A DNA stretch of 64,000 nucleotides from NCBI GenBank assembly GCA_905181955.1, contig CAJJAC010000010.1, positions 1,620 through 65,619 on the forward strand. The letters run 5' to 3'. The notes beneath the pieces were generated by a model. The model was not told the DNA's origin, did no database searches, and worked only from the letters and a program-made list of their open reading frames with translations. Source of the stretch: SAR86 cluster bacterium SAR86B (lineage in GTDB: Bacteria; Pseudomonadota; Gammaproteobacteria; Magnimaribacterales; D2472). Both the position numbers and the translations under genes were made by a program. Numbering within the stretch: position 1 is the first letter of the stretch; each line of letters opens with the position of its first letter. Positions 1 to 10,120 of the stretch are shown one piece after another.

Positions 1-1
1 G

Positions 2-1168
2 GACAGTAGTTTTTATTACTTATCTGGTTTTTGTGAAGCGGACTCAACTATGCTGATAGTTAATACTAATGGGGTCATTACATCTTCAGTTTTTGTTCCT
101 AGAAAAGATAAATTAAAAGAAATTTGGGATGGCTATAGAGAGGGTCCTGAGGGCGCTAAAGAAAATTATTTTTTTGATAATGCTTTTAATAATGACGAAA
201 TTAACTCTGAACTACCAAATTTAATTCAAGGTATGGATAAAGTTTTTTATCCTTTTGGGAAAAAAGATGGCTTTGATCAATTGGTAATTAATTGGATGAA
301 GACAGCTGGAACAAAAGATAGGCATAGCAAAGCAATAGATATTGCTGACGGATCTTCCTTGATAGGAAATCTTAGATTAATTAAGGATAGTGAAGAAATT
401 GAAATAATGAAGCAAGCTGCAGAAATTTCTGCTGAAGCCCATATGGAAGCTATGAAGACAGTTAAGCCAGGTATGAATGAGCAATCAATTGAGGCGTTGT
501 ATTTATATGAATTTGCTAAGAAGGGCGGCCGTTTTGCAGCTTATACATCTATAGTTGCTGGAGGACATAATGCATGCGTCCTTCACTATGTTGAGAACAA
601 TCAAGAGCTTAATGAATCAGACCTTTTGCTTGTAGATGCTGGTTGTGAATATGAGATGTATGCATCAGATATTACAAGAACTTTCCCAATCAGTGGGAAG
701 TTCTCAGAAGAACAACTTGCTGTATACAACGTGGTATTAGAGGCGCTTCGTACTGCTACAGATTGTGTAAAAATTGGCAATAATATAATGGATCCTCAAA
801 TTGCATCAGAGAAAGTAATCACTAAAGGATTAGTTGATCTTGGTATTCTTAAAGGAGATGTTGATGATTTGCATCAAAAGGGAGCCTTTAAAGATTTTTA
901 TATGCACAAGATTGGTCATTGGTTAGGTCTGGATGTTCATGATGCTGGTGATTACATGGAAAATAACGAGCATATGGGTTTTAAGCCTGGAATGATCACA
1001 ACAGTTGAACCTGGAATTTATATAAGCAAAGATGCTGACGTTGATGATAAATGGAAGGGCATTGGAATCAGAATTGAAGATGATATTTTAGTTACTGAAT
1101 CAGGCAATTTTAATTTAACTTCAAAAGTTCCATCTGATCCTAAAGAAATTGAAGCCTTAATGGCCTAA
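2..1168 (+). CDS. pepP: Xaa-Pro aminopeptidase (M24B), 5'-partial: frame is open to the window edge
   Basis: The frame upstream of Met50 has no stop back to nt 2 and encodes FYYLSGFCEADS, matching the PepP N-domain. The C-terminal pita-bread fold motifs HWLGLDVHD and EPGIY...GIRIEDD are present. Confidence 0.85.
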   Translation, partial: DSSFYYLSGFCEADSTMLIVNTNGVITSSVFVPRKDKLKEIWDGYREGPEGAKENYFFDNAFNNDEINSELPNLIQGMDKVFYPFGKKDGFDQLVINWMKTAGTKDRHSKAIDIADGSSLIGNLRLIKDSEEIEIMKQAAEISAEAHMEAMKTVKPGMNEQSIEALYLYEFAKKGGRFAAYTSIVAGGHNACVLHYVENNQELNESDLLLVDAGCEYEMYASDITRTFPISGKFSEEQLAVYNVVLEALRTATDCVKIGNNIMDPQIASEKVITKGLVDLGILKGDVDDLHQKGAFKDFYMHKIGHWLGLDVHDAGDYMENNEHMGFKPGMITTVEPGIYISKDADVDDKWKGIGIRIEDDILVTESGNFNLTSKVPSDPKEIEALMA

Positions 1169-1175
1169 TAATCTT

Positions 1176-2327
1176 ATGAAATATCCTGTCATAATTTCGG
1201 GAGGAGGGATTATTGGTTGCTATATTCACTTGCGACTAAAACAAGAGGGAATACCTTCCTTAATCATAGAAAAAGGCTTAGCAGCAAGAGAATCAGAAAT
1301 TAATATTAGAACTATTTCTCTTAATCCTAGCACCTATAAACTTCTTTTAGATCTAGGTATTCAGCTTGAGACTGCATCAGTCAATACAATTAAAGTTTCA
1401 GACAGAGATGGCTCTGGAAAAATTGAATTTGTGGCTAGTGAGGTTGGAGAGGAGGCTTTATCGCATGTTGCCATGTTTAATGATCTCTTGGATAAGATGC
1501 AGGACTTAGCTAAACCTGCAATTCAGTTTGAATCTGAAATTACCTCAATATCTAAATTAGAAGAATTAACAAAGATAACCCTAAATAATAATTCTGAACT
1601 TAAAACTTCATTACTTATTGGTTCTGATGGAAGGAAGTCCCCAGTTGCCCAGCTATCAAATTTTATTTCAAAAGATAATGACTATAAACAGACAGCTTTT
1701 ACTTTTCTTGCGAGCGAGGAGTCAGCTAGTAATATTTTTGTAGCTAGTCAGATTTTTTCTGACAAAGGAATTTTTGCATTAATGCCAATAAAGCATGAAA
1801 ACAAAAATATGTTTTCAGTTGTATGGTCTGTTCCCAATATACTTATAAAAGATATAAATATAGATGATTTTGTTAGTAAAAATATAGATACAGTGACATC
1901 AAATATTAGTTCTAAAATTACATTAGAATCTGAAATTATAAGCTTTCCCTTATCAAATCATCATCTGGATTCTTATATGAAAGAGGGCGTGGTTGTAGTT
2001 GGAGATGCAGCGCATTCAATTCACCCTCTGGCTGGTCAAGGAATCAATCTTGGCTTTGCTGATGCAGATATTTTATGTGAAGAAATAATTGCTGCCTTCA
2101 AAAAAGGCTATTCCATAGGGTCATATAGAGTCTTAAAAAAATATGAAATAAGAAGAAAATCAATTAATGAAATTATGCTTAAAGCTATGGATGGTTTTAT
2201 AGGTTTATTTGGCTCAACTAATATTTATATTAAGGTTTTAAGAAATCTTGGGCTGAATCTTTTCAATAAGATTTCATTTATGAAAGTATTTTTTATTAAT
2301 CATGCTTCAGGATCTCATAAGCTATAA
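1176..2327 (+). CDS. ubiH: FAD-dependent ubiquinone-biosynthesis hydroxylase (UbiH/UbiF/VisC family)
   Basis: N-terminal GGGIIG dinucleotide-binding motif and C-terminal GDAAHSIHPLAGQGINLG motif. It lies directly downstream of pepP, as in enterobacteria. Confidence 0.7.
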   Translation: MKYPVIISGGGIIGCYIHLRLKQEGIPSLIIEKGLAARESEINIRTISLNPSTYKLLLDLGIQLETASVNTIKVSDRDGSGKIEFVASEVGEEALSHVAMFNDLLDKMQDLAKPAIQFESEITSISKLEELTKITLNNNSELKTSLLIGSDGRKSPVAQLSNFISKDNDYKQTAFTFLASEESASNIFVASQIFSDKGIFALMPIKHENKNMFSVVWSVPNILIKDINIDDFVSKNIDTVTSNISSKITLESEIISFPLSNHHLDSYMKEGVVVVGDAAHSIHPLAGQGINLGFADADILCEEIIAAFKKGYSIGSYRVLKKYEIRRKSINEIMLKAMDGFIGLFGSTNIYIKVLRNLGLNLFNKISFMKVFFINHASGSHKL

Positions 2328-2346
2328 TTCGTAAGTTGCTTTTTAA

Positions 2347-2363
2347 ATGAGAATGATTATCAT
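2347..2363. promoter_or_regulatory. Fur-box-like 8-1-8 palindrome ATGAGAATgATTATCAT overlapping the predicted promoter of the Fe(III)-binding protein gene
   Basis: One mismatch to the classical Fur core TGATAATnATTATCA. It lies between a TTGCTT -35-like hexamer (2336-2341) and overlaps a TATCAT -10-like hexamer, and ends 29 nt upstream of the ATG. Confidence 0.6.
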
Positions 2364-2391
2364 CTGATTATTCATTTACTTAATTTTAAGA

Positions 2392-3390
2392 ATGAGATTT
2401 TCACAACTATTATGCATTTCAGTTTTATTGGTTTCATGTAGCCAAGCAAAAGATGTAGATCTACTAACCATTTATACATCTAGACAGCCTCAGCTTATAG
2501 AGCCCTTGTTAGAGCAATATAAAGAAAAAACCGGCATAGAGGTTAGATTGCTCTCAGGCAAAGCTCCTCAACTAATGGAAAGAATTGCAGTTGAAAGCGA
2601 TATGACAGAAGCTGATATATTTATGACAGTAGATGCTGGAGTGTTATGGCAAGCTGGTGAAAAAGGAATTCTTGAAGACATAAATTCAAAGATTTTAAAT
2701 GAAAATATACCTGAGCATTTAAGAGATGCTAGCGGCAAATGGTTTGGATTATCAAAAAGAGCTAGAACTATTGTTTATAACTCTGACAAAGTTTCTACTG
2801 ACGAGCTTTCTTCCTATAAAGACTTAGCCGATCCAAAATGGGCTAATAAGCTCTGCTTAAGAACCTCAACTAAAGTCTACAATAGATCACTTATTGCTAG
2901 CATGATAGATGCAGACGGTTATAAAAATACAAAAAACATAGTTCAAGGATGGGTAAATAACCTTGCTACTGAGGTATTTTCAAGTGATACCCAGGTTCTA
3001 AAAGCAGTCTCAGCAGGGCAATGTAATGTAACAATAGTAAATACATATTATTTAGCAAGACTTGCTGATGACCCGACATATTCTAATCTTAAATTGCATT
3101 GGGCAAATCAGGATGGCAGAGGAACTCATGTAAATATTTCTGGTGCGGGAGTTACTAAATATTCTAAAAATAAAGTCGAAGCTACAAAGCTACTGGAATG
3201 GCTTTCATCTGCAGAGGCTCAAGAAACATATGCTGGAGCAAATAAAGAATTTCCTGTCATGGATGGAATAGATGTTGGTCAAATTCTTCAAGGCTGGGGA
3301 TCTTTTAAAGAAGATCTTATTTTAGTAGAAAAGTTAGGCTTACTTCAAAAGGAAGCAGTTCTTTTAGCTCAAGAAGCAGAATATAAATAA
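2392..3390 (+). CDS. Fe(III) ABC transporter periplasmic substrate-binding protein (FbpA/AfuA family), lipobox-like signal LLVSC
   Basis: Length and overall similarity to ferric-binding proteins, including the stretches IYTSRQP, DIFMTVDAG and NTYYLARL. A Fur-like operator lies upstream. No permease or ATPase gene is adjacent. Confidence 0.75.
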   Translation: MRFSQLLCISVLLVSCSQAKDVDLLTIYTSRQPQLIEPLLEQYKEKTGIEVRLLSGKAPQLMERIAVESDMTEADIFMTVDAGVLWQAGEKGILEDINSKILNENIPEHLRDASGKWFGLSKRARTIVYNSDKVSTDELSSYKDLADPKWANKLCLRTSTKVYNRSLIASMIDADGYKNTKNIVQGWVNNLATEVFSSDTQVLKAVSAGQCNVTIVNTYYLARLADDPTYSNLKLHWANQDGRGTHVNISGAGVTKYSKNKVEATKLLEWLSSAEAQETYAGANKEFPVMDGIDVGQILQGWGSFKEDLILVEKLGLLQKEAVLLAQEAEYK

Positions 3391-3424
3391 TTTTTAAAGA
3401 GTAAGAAGGAGAGTCTATTTGATT

Positions 3425-3661
3425 CTAAACTTTTTCGCCGCGTGAACGCATTTCTTTGAGTACTTCGCTAATACCTTTTTTATCAATAATACGCATTCCC
3501 TTTGCAGACACCTTAAGGTTTACAAATCTATTCTCAGACTCGACCCAGAATTTGTGCATGTGCAGATTAGGAAAGAACTTTCTTTTAGTTCTATTATTGG
3601 CATGGGAAACGTTGTTTCCAGACTGTGGTATCTTACCTGTTACTTGACATATTTTACTCAT
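3425..3661 (-). CDS. rpmB: 50S ribosomal protein L28
   Basis: 78 aa. [10 protein letters not shown]...[13 protein letters not shown] is the canonical L28 signature. Confidence 0.95.
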   Translation of the reverse strand: MSKICQVTGKIPQSGNNVSHANNRTKRKFFPNLHMHKFWVESENRFVNLKVSAKGMRIIDKKGISEVLKEMRSRGEKV

Positions 3662-3716
3662 AGAACCGCGATTTTATAGAACACAGAGACACTTAGCAAT
3701 ACTATTAGCAATTAAT

Positions 3717-4208
3717 ATGAAACATTTACTCTTAATAAGGCATGCAAAATCAGGATGGGATAATGCCAATCTTCAAGATTTTGATCGCCCACTCTCAGAC
3801 AGAGGCAAAAAGGATGCTATTTTAATGGAAAATTTTCTTAATAAAATAGAATATAAGCCTCATTTAATTTTATGTAGCCCCGCAAGAAGAACCCAGCAAA
3901 CATACGATATCCTTTTTGGAGTTAGTGAAATAAAATCAACCTTATACCTAGATGATTTATACCATGCAGGCGATGAAGAGCTACTAAACATTATTAAATT
4001 AACAGATGAAGGTAAAAAAATTATAGTCATTATTGGCCACAATCCATCGTTACATAATCTTTTAGAGCAGATGACCAATAAAAAATTTACTAATTTTCCA
4101 ACATCTGGGATAGCTTGCTTGCAAATGGATTTAGAATGGGAGAAAGTAGCAAATACTGAAGCAAAATTAATTTTTTTCAAAAAACCAAAGGACTTTCAAC
4201 CTTGTTAG
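3717..4208 (+). CDS. sixA: Phosphohistidine phosphatase SixA (histidine phosphatase superfamily)
   Basis: RHAKS catalytic RHG-type motif at the N-terminus and a GHNP motif. About 160 aa, typical of SixA. Confidence 0.75.
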   Translation: MKHLLLIRHAKSGWDNANLQDFDRPLSDRGKKDAILMENFLNKIEYKPHLILCSPARRTQQTYDILFGVSEIKSTLYLDDLYHAGDEELLNIIKLTDEGKKIIVIIGHNPSLHNLLEQMTNKKFTNFPTSGIACLQMDLEWEKVANTEAKLIFFKKPKDFQPC

Positions 4209-4657
4209 ATATAAAAATAAAAATATTAAATCCAAAAATTGGAAAAGAAATACCTCTTCCGGAATATAAAACTTCTGGCTCTGCCGGTATGGACGTTCGA
4301 GCATGCATTGATGATTTCATGATCTTAAAACCGGGAAAGACTGAGATGATACCGCTAGGATTTGCTATGCATATTCAGGATATCAATGTGGCTGCATTAA
4401 TTATTCCTAGATCTGGCCTCGGATCAAAACATGGTATTGTTTTAGGTAATCTGGTTGGTCTTATAGATTCTGATTATCAAGGCGAGCTCATGGTTCCAGC
4501 ATGGAATAGATCTGATGAAGATTTCAAGATTTCGTCTGGTGACAGAATTGCTCAAATGGTTATTGCGCCTGTAATACAAGCCAACTTTGAATTAGTTGAT
4601 GATTTTGAGGAAACTGAAAGAGGTGATAAAGGTTTCGGAAGTTCTGGAGTAAGATGA
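4202..4657 (+). CDS. dut: dUTP diphosphatase
   Basis: [25 protein letters not shown] and [10 protein letters not shown] motifs. TTG start overlaps the sixA stop. Confidence 0.95.
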   Translation: MLDIKIKILNPKIGKEIPLPEYKTSGSAGMDVRACIDDFMILKPGKTEMIPLGFAMHIQDINVAALIIPRSGLGSKHGIVLGNLVGLIDSDYQGELMVPAWNRSDEDFKISSGDRIAQMVIAPVIQANFELVDDFEETERGDKGFGSSGVR

Positions 4658-4662
4658 ATTTA

Positions 4663-4869
4663 CTATTTCTTTTTACCAAATCTCTCTTCGAAACGCTGAA
4701 CTCTTCCACCAGTATCAATAATTTTCTGCTTTCCAGTATAGAAAGGATGGCATGCAGAACATATATCTAATGATAAATCATCTTTTAATGTGCTCATGAC
4801 AGCTAAGGTATTACCGCAACCGCAAGTTGCTTTAATTTCTGAATATTCTGGGTGTATATTGCTTTTCAT
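4663..4869 (-). CDS. rpmE: 50S ribosomal protein L31 (Zn-binding Cys form)
   Basis: MKSNIHPEY start, CGC...CSAC cysteine pairs, HPFYTGKQ motif. Confidence 0.95.
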   Translation of the reverse strand: MKSNIHPEYSEIKATCGCGNTLAVMSTLKDDLSLDICSACHPFYTGKQKIIDTGGRVQRFEERFGKKK

Positions 4870-4928
4870 AATAAATCTAAAATTTGGATGAGAACTATAA
4901 CAAATAAGTCGATCTTTTCAATTAAAAC

Positions 4929-6905
4929 ATGAATATTTTTTATTACGACATTGCTATACCTATTCCTATTAGAGAAACATTTACATATCAATCAAAAGAT
5001 ATTATCCAAACTGGTACCAGAGTTGCTATTAAATTTAGGAATAAAGAGGTAGTTGGCTACGTTATTAAAAACCTTAAAAATAAACCTAGTTTTCCAACTA
5101 CTGAAATATTTGAAATATTAGATAGTGAACCAATTTTTAAATCTTCAGATTTGCAAATTATTTCTTGGCTTGCAGACTACTATCATCATCCTATAGGAGA
5201 AGTATTTGATACTTTTTGCCCTCCATCATTAAGAAAGAGAATTAAGACAGATCCTCTTATAACCTCATTTGATACAACTTATGAAGTTATAAAAGAAGAT
5301 AAAATATTTGAGTTAAATGCAGAACAAGAGAATTGCGTAAAAGAACTTAAAGCCTTAAAGGGATTTGACCCATGTCTTCTTTATGGAGTTACAGGATCAG
5401 GTAAAACGGAGATATATCTAAGAATCTCAGATATATACTTATCTAAAGGTAAGTCAATATTAATTCTCGTACCAGAAATCTCCTTAACCCCTCAGCTTCA
5501 AGAAAGATTTATTAATAGATTTGGAGATAACATTGGCATCTATCATTCGCGACAAACACCCAAACAAAGATACGATGTGTGGAATAAAGCCAGGTCAGGC
5601 GAAATAAAAATAGTAATTGGAACTAGATCAGCAGTTTTATGCCCATTACATAATTTGGGCCTAATGATAATAGATGAAGAGCATGACCAATCTTATAAAC
5701 AACATGAAGGTTTTAGATTTTCTGCAAGAGACTTAAGTATAAAAAGAGCTCAGGTAGAAGATATCCCAATCATTTTAGGAACAGCTACACCCTCATTACA
5801 AACATTAAAATTAGTTCAAGACAAAAAGTATAAACAAATAAATATCTTAAAAAGAGCAAATGGCTCTGAACCACCTGGATTTATAGTATTAGATATCAAT
5901 GATTCAAAGTTAGAATCTGGTATTGCCAAAGAATCATTAGATGCAATAGAAATGACCCTAAGTCAAAATAAGCAAGTACTTATTTTTATTAATAGAAGAG
6001 GATTTTCTCCTCTGTATGAATGCAATGATTGTAGATGGGTGGCAGAGTGTAAATCCTGTGATGCCCGTTTAGTCTTTCATCATGGTTTAGATAGATTGAT
6101 GTGTCATAGGTGTGAGTCTGCTTATGGTGTTCCTAAAAAGTGCCCAGAGTGTGCTCATTCAAATCTGAGTCTTCAGGGTTCAGGTACAGAAAGAATAGAA
6201 TTGTTTTTAGAAAACTACTTTAAAAATACAACTATTATTCGTTTAGATCATGACACCACTAAAAAGAAAGGCGCACTAAATGAAATTATTAAAAAAGTGC
6301 ATGAATCAGATTCAGCAATTCTAATCGGAACGCAGATGCTTGCTAAAGGACATGATTTTCCTAAAGTAGAATTAGGTGTAATTCTAAATTGCGATGCTGG
6401 CATTACAAGCCCAGATATTAATAGCCTTGAAAAAATATCACAGCTATTAATTCAAGTTTCAGGTCGTGTTGGCAGAAAGGAGGGTAATGGTAAGGTCTTG
6501 ATCCAAACAAGATATCCAGAAGATGAAAATCTAAGAGAATTAAAATCTGGAGATTATCTTAATTTTGCATTAAAAAATTTAAAACAAAAAAAAGAACTAC
6601 ATCATCCACCATATACTGCAGTATCTTTATTGAGAACAAGTTCACCACTGGCCGAGCATAATATTAAATTTTTAGAAAAGGTAGCTAGCATACTAAGCAT
6701 AGAATCTGATATATCAGCAATAGGACCAATACCTTCGATAATAACTAAGAGTAGAGGTAATTTTAGACATCATTTAATTATTCAAACAACGTCTAAGACG
6801 TTATTAAATAAATTTGCACAGGACATCATTTCTTCAGTTTCATCGTGGAAGGAGACTAAAAAAGTTAAATGGTATTTTGATATAGACCCAATCGATTATA
6901 GCTAA
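4929..6905 (+). CDS. priA: Primosomal replication-restart helicase PriA
   Basis: Walker A GVTGSGKTE, DEEHD box, and a Cys-rich zinc-binding insertion (CNDC...CKSC...CHRC...CPEC). Confidence 0.95.
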   Translation: MNIFYYDIAIPIPIRETFTYQSKDIIQTGTRVAIKFRNKEVVGYVIKNLKNKPSFPTTEIFEILDSEPIFKSSDLQIISWLADYYHHPIGEVFDTFCPPSLRKRIKTDPLITSFDTTYEVIKEDKIFELNAEQENCVKELKALKGFDPCLLYGVTGSGKTEIYLRISDIYLSKGKSILILVPEISLTPQLQERFINRFGDNIGIYHSRQTPKQRYDVWNKARSGEIKIVIGTRSAVLCPLHNLGLMIIDEEHDQSYKQHEGFRFSARDLSIKRAQVEDIPIILGTATPSLQTLKLVQDKKYKQINILKRANGSEPPGFIVLDINDSKLESGIAKESLDAIEMTLSQNKQVLIFINRRGFSPLYECNDCRWVAECKSCDARLVFHHGLDRLMCHRCESAYGVPKKCPECAHSNLSLQGSGTERIELFLENYFKNTTIIRLDHDTTKKKGALNEIIKKVHESDSAILIGTQMLAKGHDFPKVELGVILNCDAGITSPDINSLEKISQLLIQVSGRVGRKEGNGKVLIQTRYPEDENLRELKSGDYLNFALKNLKQKKELHHPPYTAVSLLRTSSPLAEHNIKFLEKVASILSIESDISAIGPIPSIITKSRGNFRHHLIIQTTSKTLLNKFAQDIISSVSSWKETKKVKWYFDIDPIDYS

Positions 6906-8173
6906 ATTGCTATTTTAATATTTTGTCCAGGGTAGATGGCTTTTCCGCGAAGGTTATTGAGGTCTATTATTTCATCAACCGTAACGCCAAATCTTATTGC
7001 GATTTCAGATATAACATCACCTTTTTGAATGGTGTATTCAATATTTGACTGGACTGGATCCATAAAAGTATTAGGTTTAGGCTTTTCTTTAAAATAATCA
7101 TGGATTCCAAGAAAGATAGATCTAGCTATCATCCTTCTTCCCGGTTTGCCTTTTAGCCTAGCAGCATCTTCAGCATTTGAAATAAAACCAGATTCAACTA
7201 AAACAGAAGGTATGTCGATAGATTTGAGTACTCTAAAGTCTGCAAATTCAACATTTTTTTTATGAAGCCTGGTGTAAGGATCTAACCTCAACTTATCTAA
7301 AATCTTGTTGCCAAGAATAATACTATTTTCTATTTTTGCCTCATAAACTAATTGATATAAAGTTCTGGCAGCATCTTCATCAAAATCATTCACATCCAGT
7401 TTGCCTATTTTTGCTTTCACCTCTGGGTTATTAGCAAGCTCCTTTTTAGAAAGGTTTGCTGCTGTAATGCTTGATGCTTCTTCTGACCAAACAAATACAG
7501 AAACTCCTTTAACAGAAGACAATCTAAATGCATCAGCATGAATAGATACAAAGATATCAGCACCAACTTTTCTTGCATTTTGGTACCTATCATTAAGGTC
7601 TACAAAAGAATCATCTTCCCTTATCATTACAGGCTTATAGCCCTTAGTATCCCTTAGAGTTCTCTCAAGCTCTCTTGCAATAAGTAAAGTAATATCTTTT
7701 TCTAAAATATTTAATTTCCCAACTGCGCCAGGATCTCTTCCTCCATGACCTGCATCGATAGCTACGATAATATCTCTTATATTTTTACTTAGTTTTTTAT
7801 CCTTCTTAATTTCAAAAATTAATAAAACATGGTCTTTTTTTTCTATTTGCCAAGGCTTTTTCCAATAAACTGATTCATATAAATCAAGTACTATCCTCGA
7901 CGTGGAACCATCTTTTGAAGCTCGTATTTTTTTAATTGGGTGGTTTTGACGATTTTCTAATTCACCCTTAAGTTCAGAATCTTTTATATCAATGACAATT
8001 CGAGAAGGCTCGTCTAAAGCATAAGATTTAACAAGGGCAATCTTGCTAAGTTTGAAAGTAATTCTAACTTCACCAGACGGCAGTTCTTTAATAGATGAGA
8101 ACTCTACTAAATTTGAACTGAAGGTCTCTAAACTAATAAAAAATAAGCAGCTTAGAATAATTAATTGTTTCAT
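6902..8173 (-). CDS. amiB: N-acetylmuramoyl-L-alanine amidase with N-terminal AMIN-like domain and C-terminal LysM
   Basis: Amidase_3 motifs IDAGHGG and SIHADA. C-terminal LysM (YTIQKGDVISEIAIRFGV...). nnr-tsaE-amiB gene order. Confidence 0.85.
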   Translation of the reverse strand: MKQLIILSCLFFISLETFSSNLVEFSSIKELPSGEVRITFKLSKIALVKSYALDEPSRIVIDIKDSELKGELENRQNHPIKKIRASKDGSTSRIVLDLYESVYWKKPWQIEKKDHVLLIFEIKKDKKLSKNIRDIIVAIDAGHGGRDPGAVGKLNILEKDITLLIARELERTLRDTKGYKPVMIREDDSFVDLNDRYQNARKVGADIFVSIHADAFRLSSVKGVSVFVWSEEASSITAANLSKKELANNPEVKAKIGKLDVNDFDEDAARTLYQLVYEAKIENSIILGNKILDKLRLDPYTRLHKKNVEFADFRVLKSIDIPSVLVESGFISNAEDAARLKGKPGRRMIARSIFLGIHDYFKEKPKPNTFMDPVQSNIEYTIQKGDVISEIAIRFGVTVDEIIDLNNLRGKAIYPGQNIKIAI

Positions 8174-8177
8174 TTTT

Positions 8178-8639
8178 TTACTTATCTTTTCTTATTAATT
8201 TTTCTAGAAGAATTGTATCTCCAATTAATTCAATTTTTCTACTATTTTTATAATGCATCATATTGATTTTTAGATTAAATGATCTTTTGCCCTCTATTTT
8301 TTCTGGCCATTCTATAAATATTATTTTTTTACCAGCAAACTCTCGATTGAGTTCAAGCATCTGAACATCCTCTTCAATTTCAGTCCTATAAAGGTCAATA
8401 TGCAAAATCAGGAATTCATCAAAATCATATTCTTCACAGATTGTATATGTAGGACTTTTAACAGACCCATCCCATCCAAGTGCTCTAAGAATACCTCTGA
8501 CTAATGTAGTCTTGCCTGCACCAAGGTCTCCTTGAAGATGAAATTCAAATATAGAATCATCAGATTGTTTAATCAGTGCAGCAATCTTCCCACCAAAATC
8601 TAAAGTTTCACTTTCGTCTTGAAGAATATAATTTTCCAT
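8178..8639 (-). CDS. tsaE: tRNA t6A37 biosynthesis ATPase TsaE
   Basis: GDLGAGKTTLVRG Walker A and SPTYT motif, about 150 aa. Confidence 0.9.
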   Translation of the reverse strand: MENYILQDESETLDFGGKIAALIKQSDDSIFEFHLQGDLGAGKTTLVRGILRALGWDGSVKSPTYTICEEYDFDEFLILHIDLYRTEIEEDVQMLELNREFAGKKIIFIEWPEKIEGKRSFNLKINMMHYKNSRKIELIGDTILLEKLIRKDK

Positions 8640-10117
8640 TATTTATTATTCAATTTTTTTCTAATTAAAGGAATCAATTCTGATGCTGCCAGTCCTTTTT
8701 CACCATTTAATTTTACAAATTCACTTCCAGCTATCCCATGTGTTGCTACAGCCAATAGAGAGGCATTATGCGCAGATAATCCCTGAGCTATAAAACTACC
8801 AATTAATCCGGCTAAAATGTCCCCTGTGCCTCCTGTGGCGAGCTCAGGCCCACCTTCTTCACATACAAAGACATCATCATCAGTAGCGATAATTGTTCCA
8901 GCACCTTTAAGAACAATAGTTGCATTATATTTAGCGACTAAATCTTTTGCTGCATTAACTCTGTCAGCTTGTATGTCTTTTGATGATAGACCTAATAGGT
9001 CTGCAGCCTCGCCAGGATGTGGAGTAAGGACAAGAGAATTTTTGACATTTTTTAGACATAAATCATTATTTGCTATGTATCTTAGAGCGCCTGCATCAAA
9101 AACAACTGAGCCACTATTTATTTCTATATGCTCTATAAGTATTTCCATTATTTGTTCAGACCATGAGCTTGCAGATAAGCCAGGACCACAGATAAAAACA
9201 TTTTTATTATCTAAAGCTAAACCAGTTTCTTTAGGCTGATCATGTCCGATGGCCATAATCTCAGGATTGCGACTAAGAGAAGCCTTTAAGTGTATTGGCT
9301 GCGTAAGCAATGAAACTAATCCAGTGCCTGATTTTAAAGCTGCCTCAGCTGCCAATATTGCAGCACCACCCATATTCGTATCACCACCCATTACAAGAGC
9401 ACTTCCATGATCCCCTTTGTGACTATTAGATAATCTTTTCGGTAGTAAGTTTTTTACATCATTAAAGGTATATGAAGTTGCAACTGCTTGACTTTCTTTT
9501 TCCATCTGTAAATTTAAGTTATGAAAATACTTTTCTCCTGCAGCGATTTTACCCTCATTAAGACTTAACCCTAACTTTCTTCCAACAAAACTTATAGTTT
9601 TATTAGCCTCTACATAAGCTTCACAAGCCACCCCAGTATCTGGATGGATACCTGATGGAATATCTATTGAAAAAATATGCTCATAAGAGTTCATAGTTTG
9701 TATTAAATTAATGATGTTCTTATCAAAAGACCCCTTAAGACTTGTTCCAAAAATTGCATCAATTATAAGTACACCACTATCAACTTTATTTAATATCGAT
9801 GGCTTATAAATTAAACCCCTATCATGAGCTTCATTGGAAGCCTCCATACATAAATGACTTTTATTTTTATTCTCTAACGCATCTACTATCTGTACGTCAA
9901 AACCTGCATTAAATAAATATATCCCAACATAGTAACCATCCCCGCCATTATTCCCGGGTCCACAGATACAAATATATTTCTTATGTTTATAATTTTTTGT
10001 AATATATTCTGCAGTGACTTCTGCAGCCTTAAGCATTAGATCTTTATCTAAATTACCTTTGTTAAAGTATGATCTTTCATATTCTTGAACTTGTGAGCTA
10101 AGAAATAACTTATTCAA
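8639..10117 (-). CDS. nnr: Bifunctional NAD(P)H-hydrate epimerase/dehydratase
   Basis: YjeF N-domain (GPGNNGGDGY) plus a C-terminal carbohydrate-kinase-like domain (HKGDHG, GGTGDILAG). Confidence 0.9.
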   Translation of the reverse strand: MNKLFLSSQVQEYERSYFNKGNLDKDLMLKAAEVTAEYITKNYKHKKYICICGPGNNGGDGYYVGIYLFNAGFDVQIVDALENKNKSHLCMEASNEAHDRGLIYKPSILNKVDSGVLIIDAIFGTSLKGSFDKNIINLIQTMNSYEHIFSIDIPSGIHPDTGVACEAYVEANKTISFVGRKLGLSLNEGKIAAGEKYFHNLNLQMEKESQAVATSYTFNDVKNLLPKRLSNSHKGDHGSALVMGGDTNMGGAAILAAEAALKSGTGLVSLLTQPIHLKASLSRNPEIMAIGHDQPKETGLALDNKNVFICGPGLSASSWSEQIMEILIEHIEINSGSVVFDAGALRYIANNDLCLKNVKNSLVLTPHPGEAADLLGLSSKDIQADRVNAAKDLVAKYNATIVLKGAGTIIATDDDVFVCEEGGPELATGGTGDILAGLIGSFIAQGLSAHNASLLAVATHGIAGSEFVKLNGEKGLAASELIPLIRKKLNNK

Positions 10118-10120
10118 AAA

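Noticed and set aside
8817-9239. 140-aa ORF antisense to nnr
   Set aside because: It lies entirely inside, and opposite to, a well-supported conserved gene. Its Pro/Ser/Ala-rich low-complexity translation is the mirror of the Gly/Ala-rich Nnr region. There is no independent start context.
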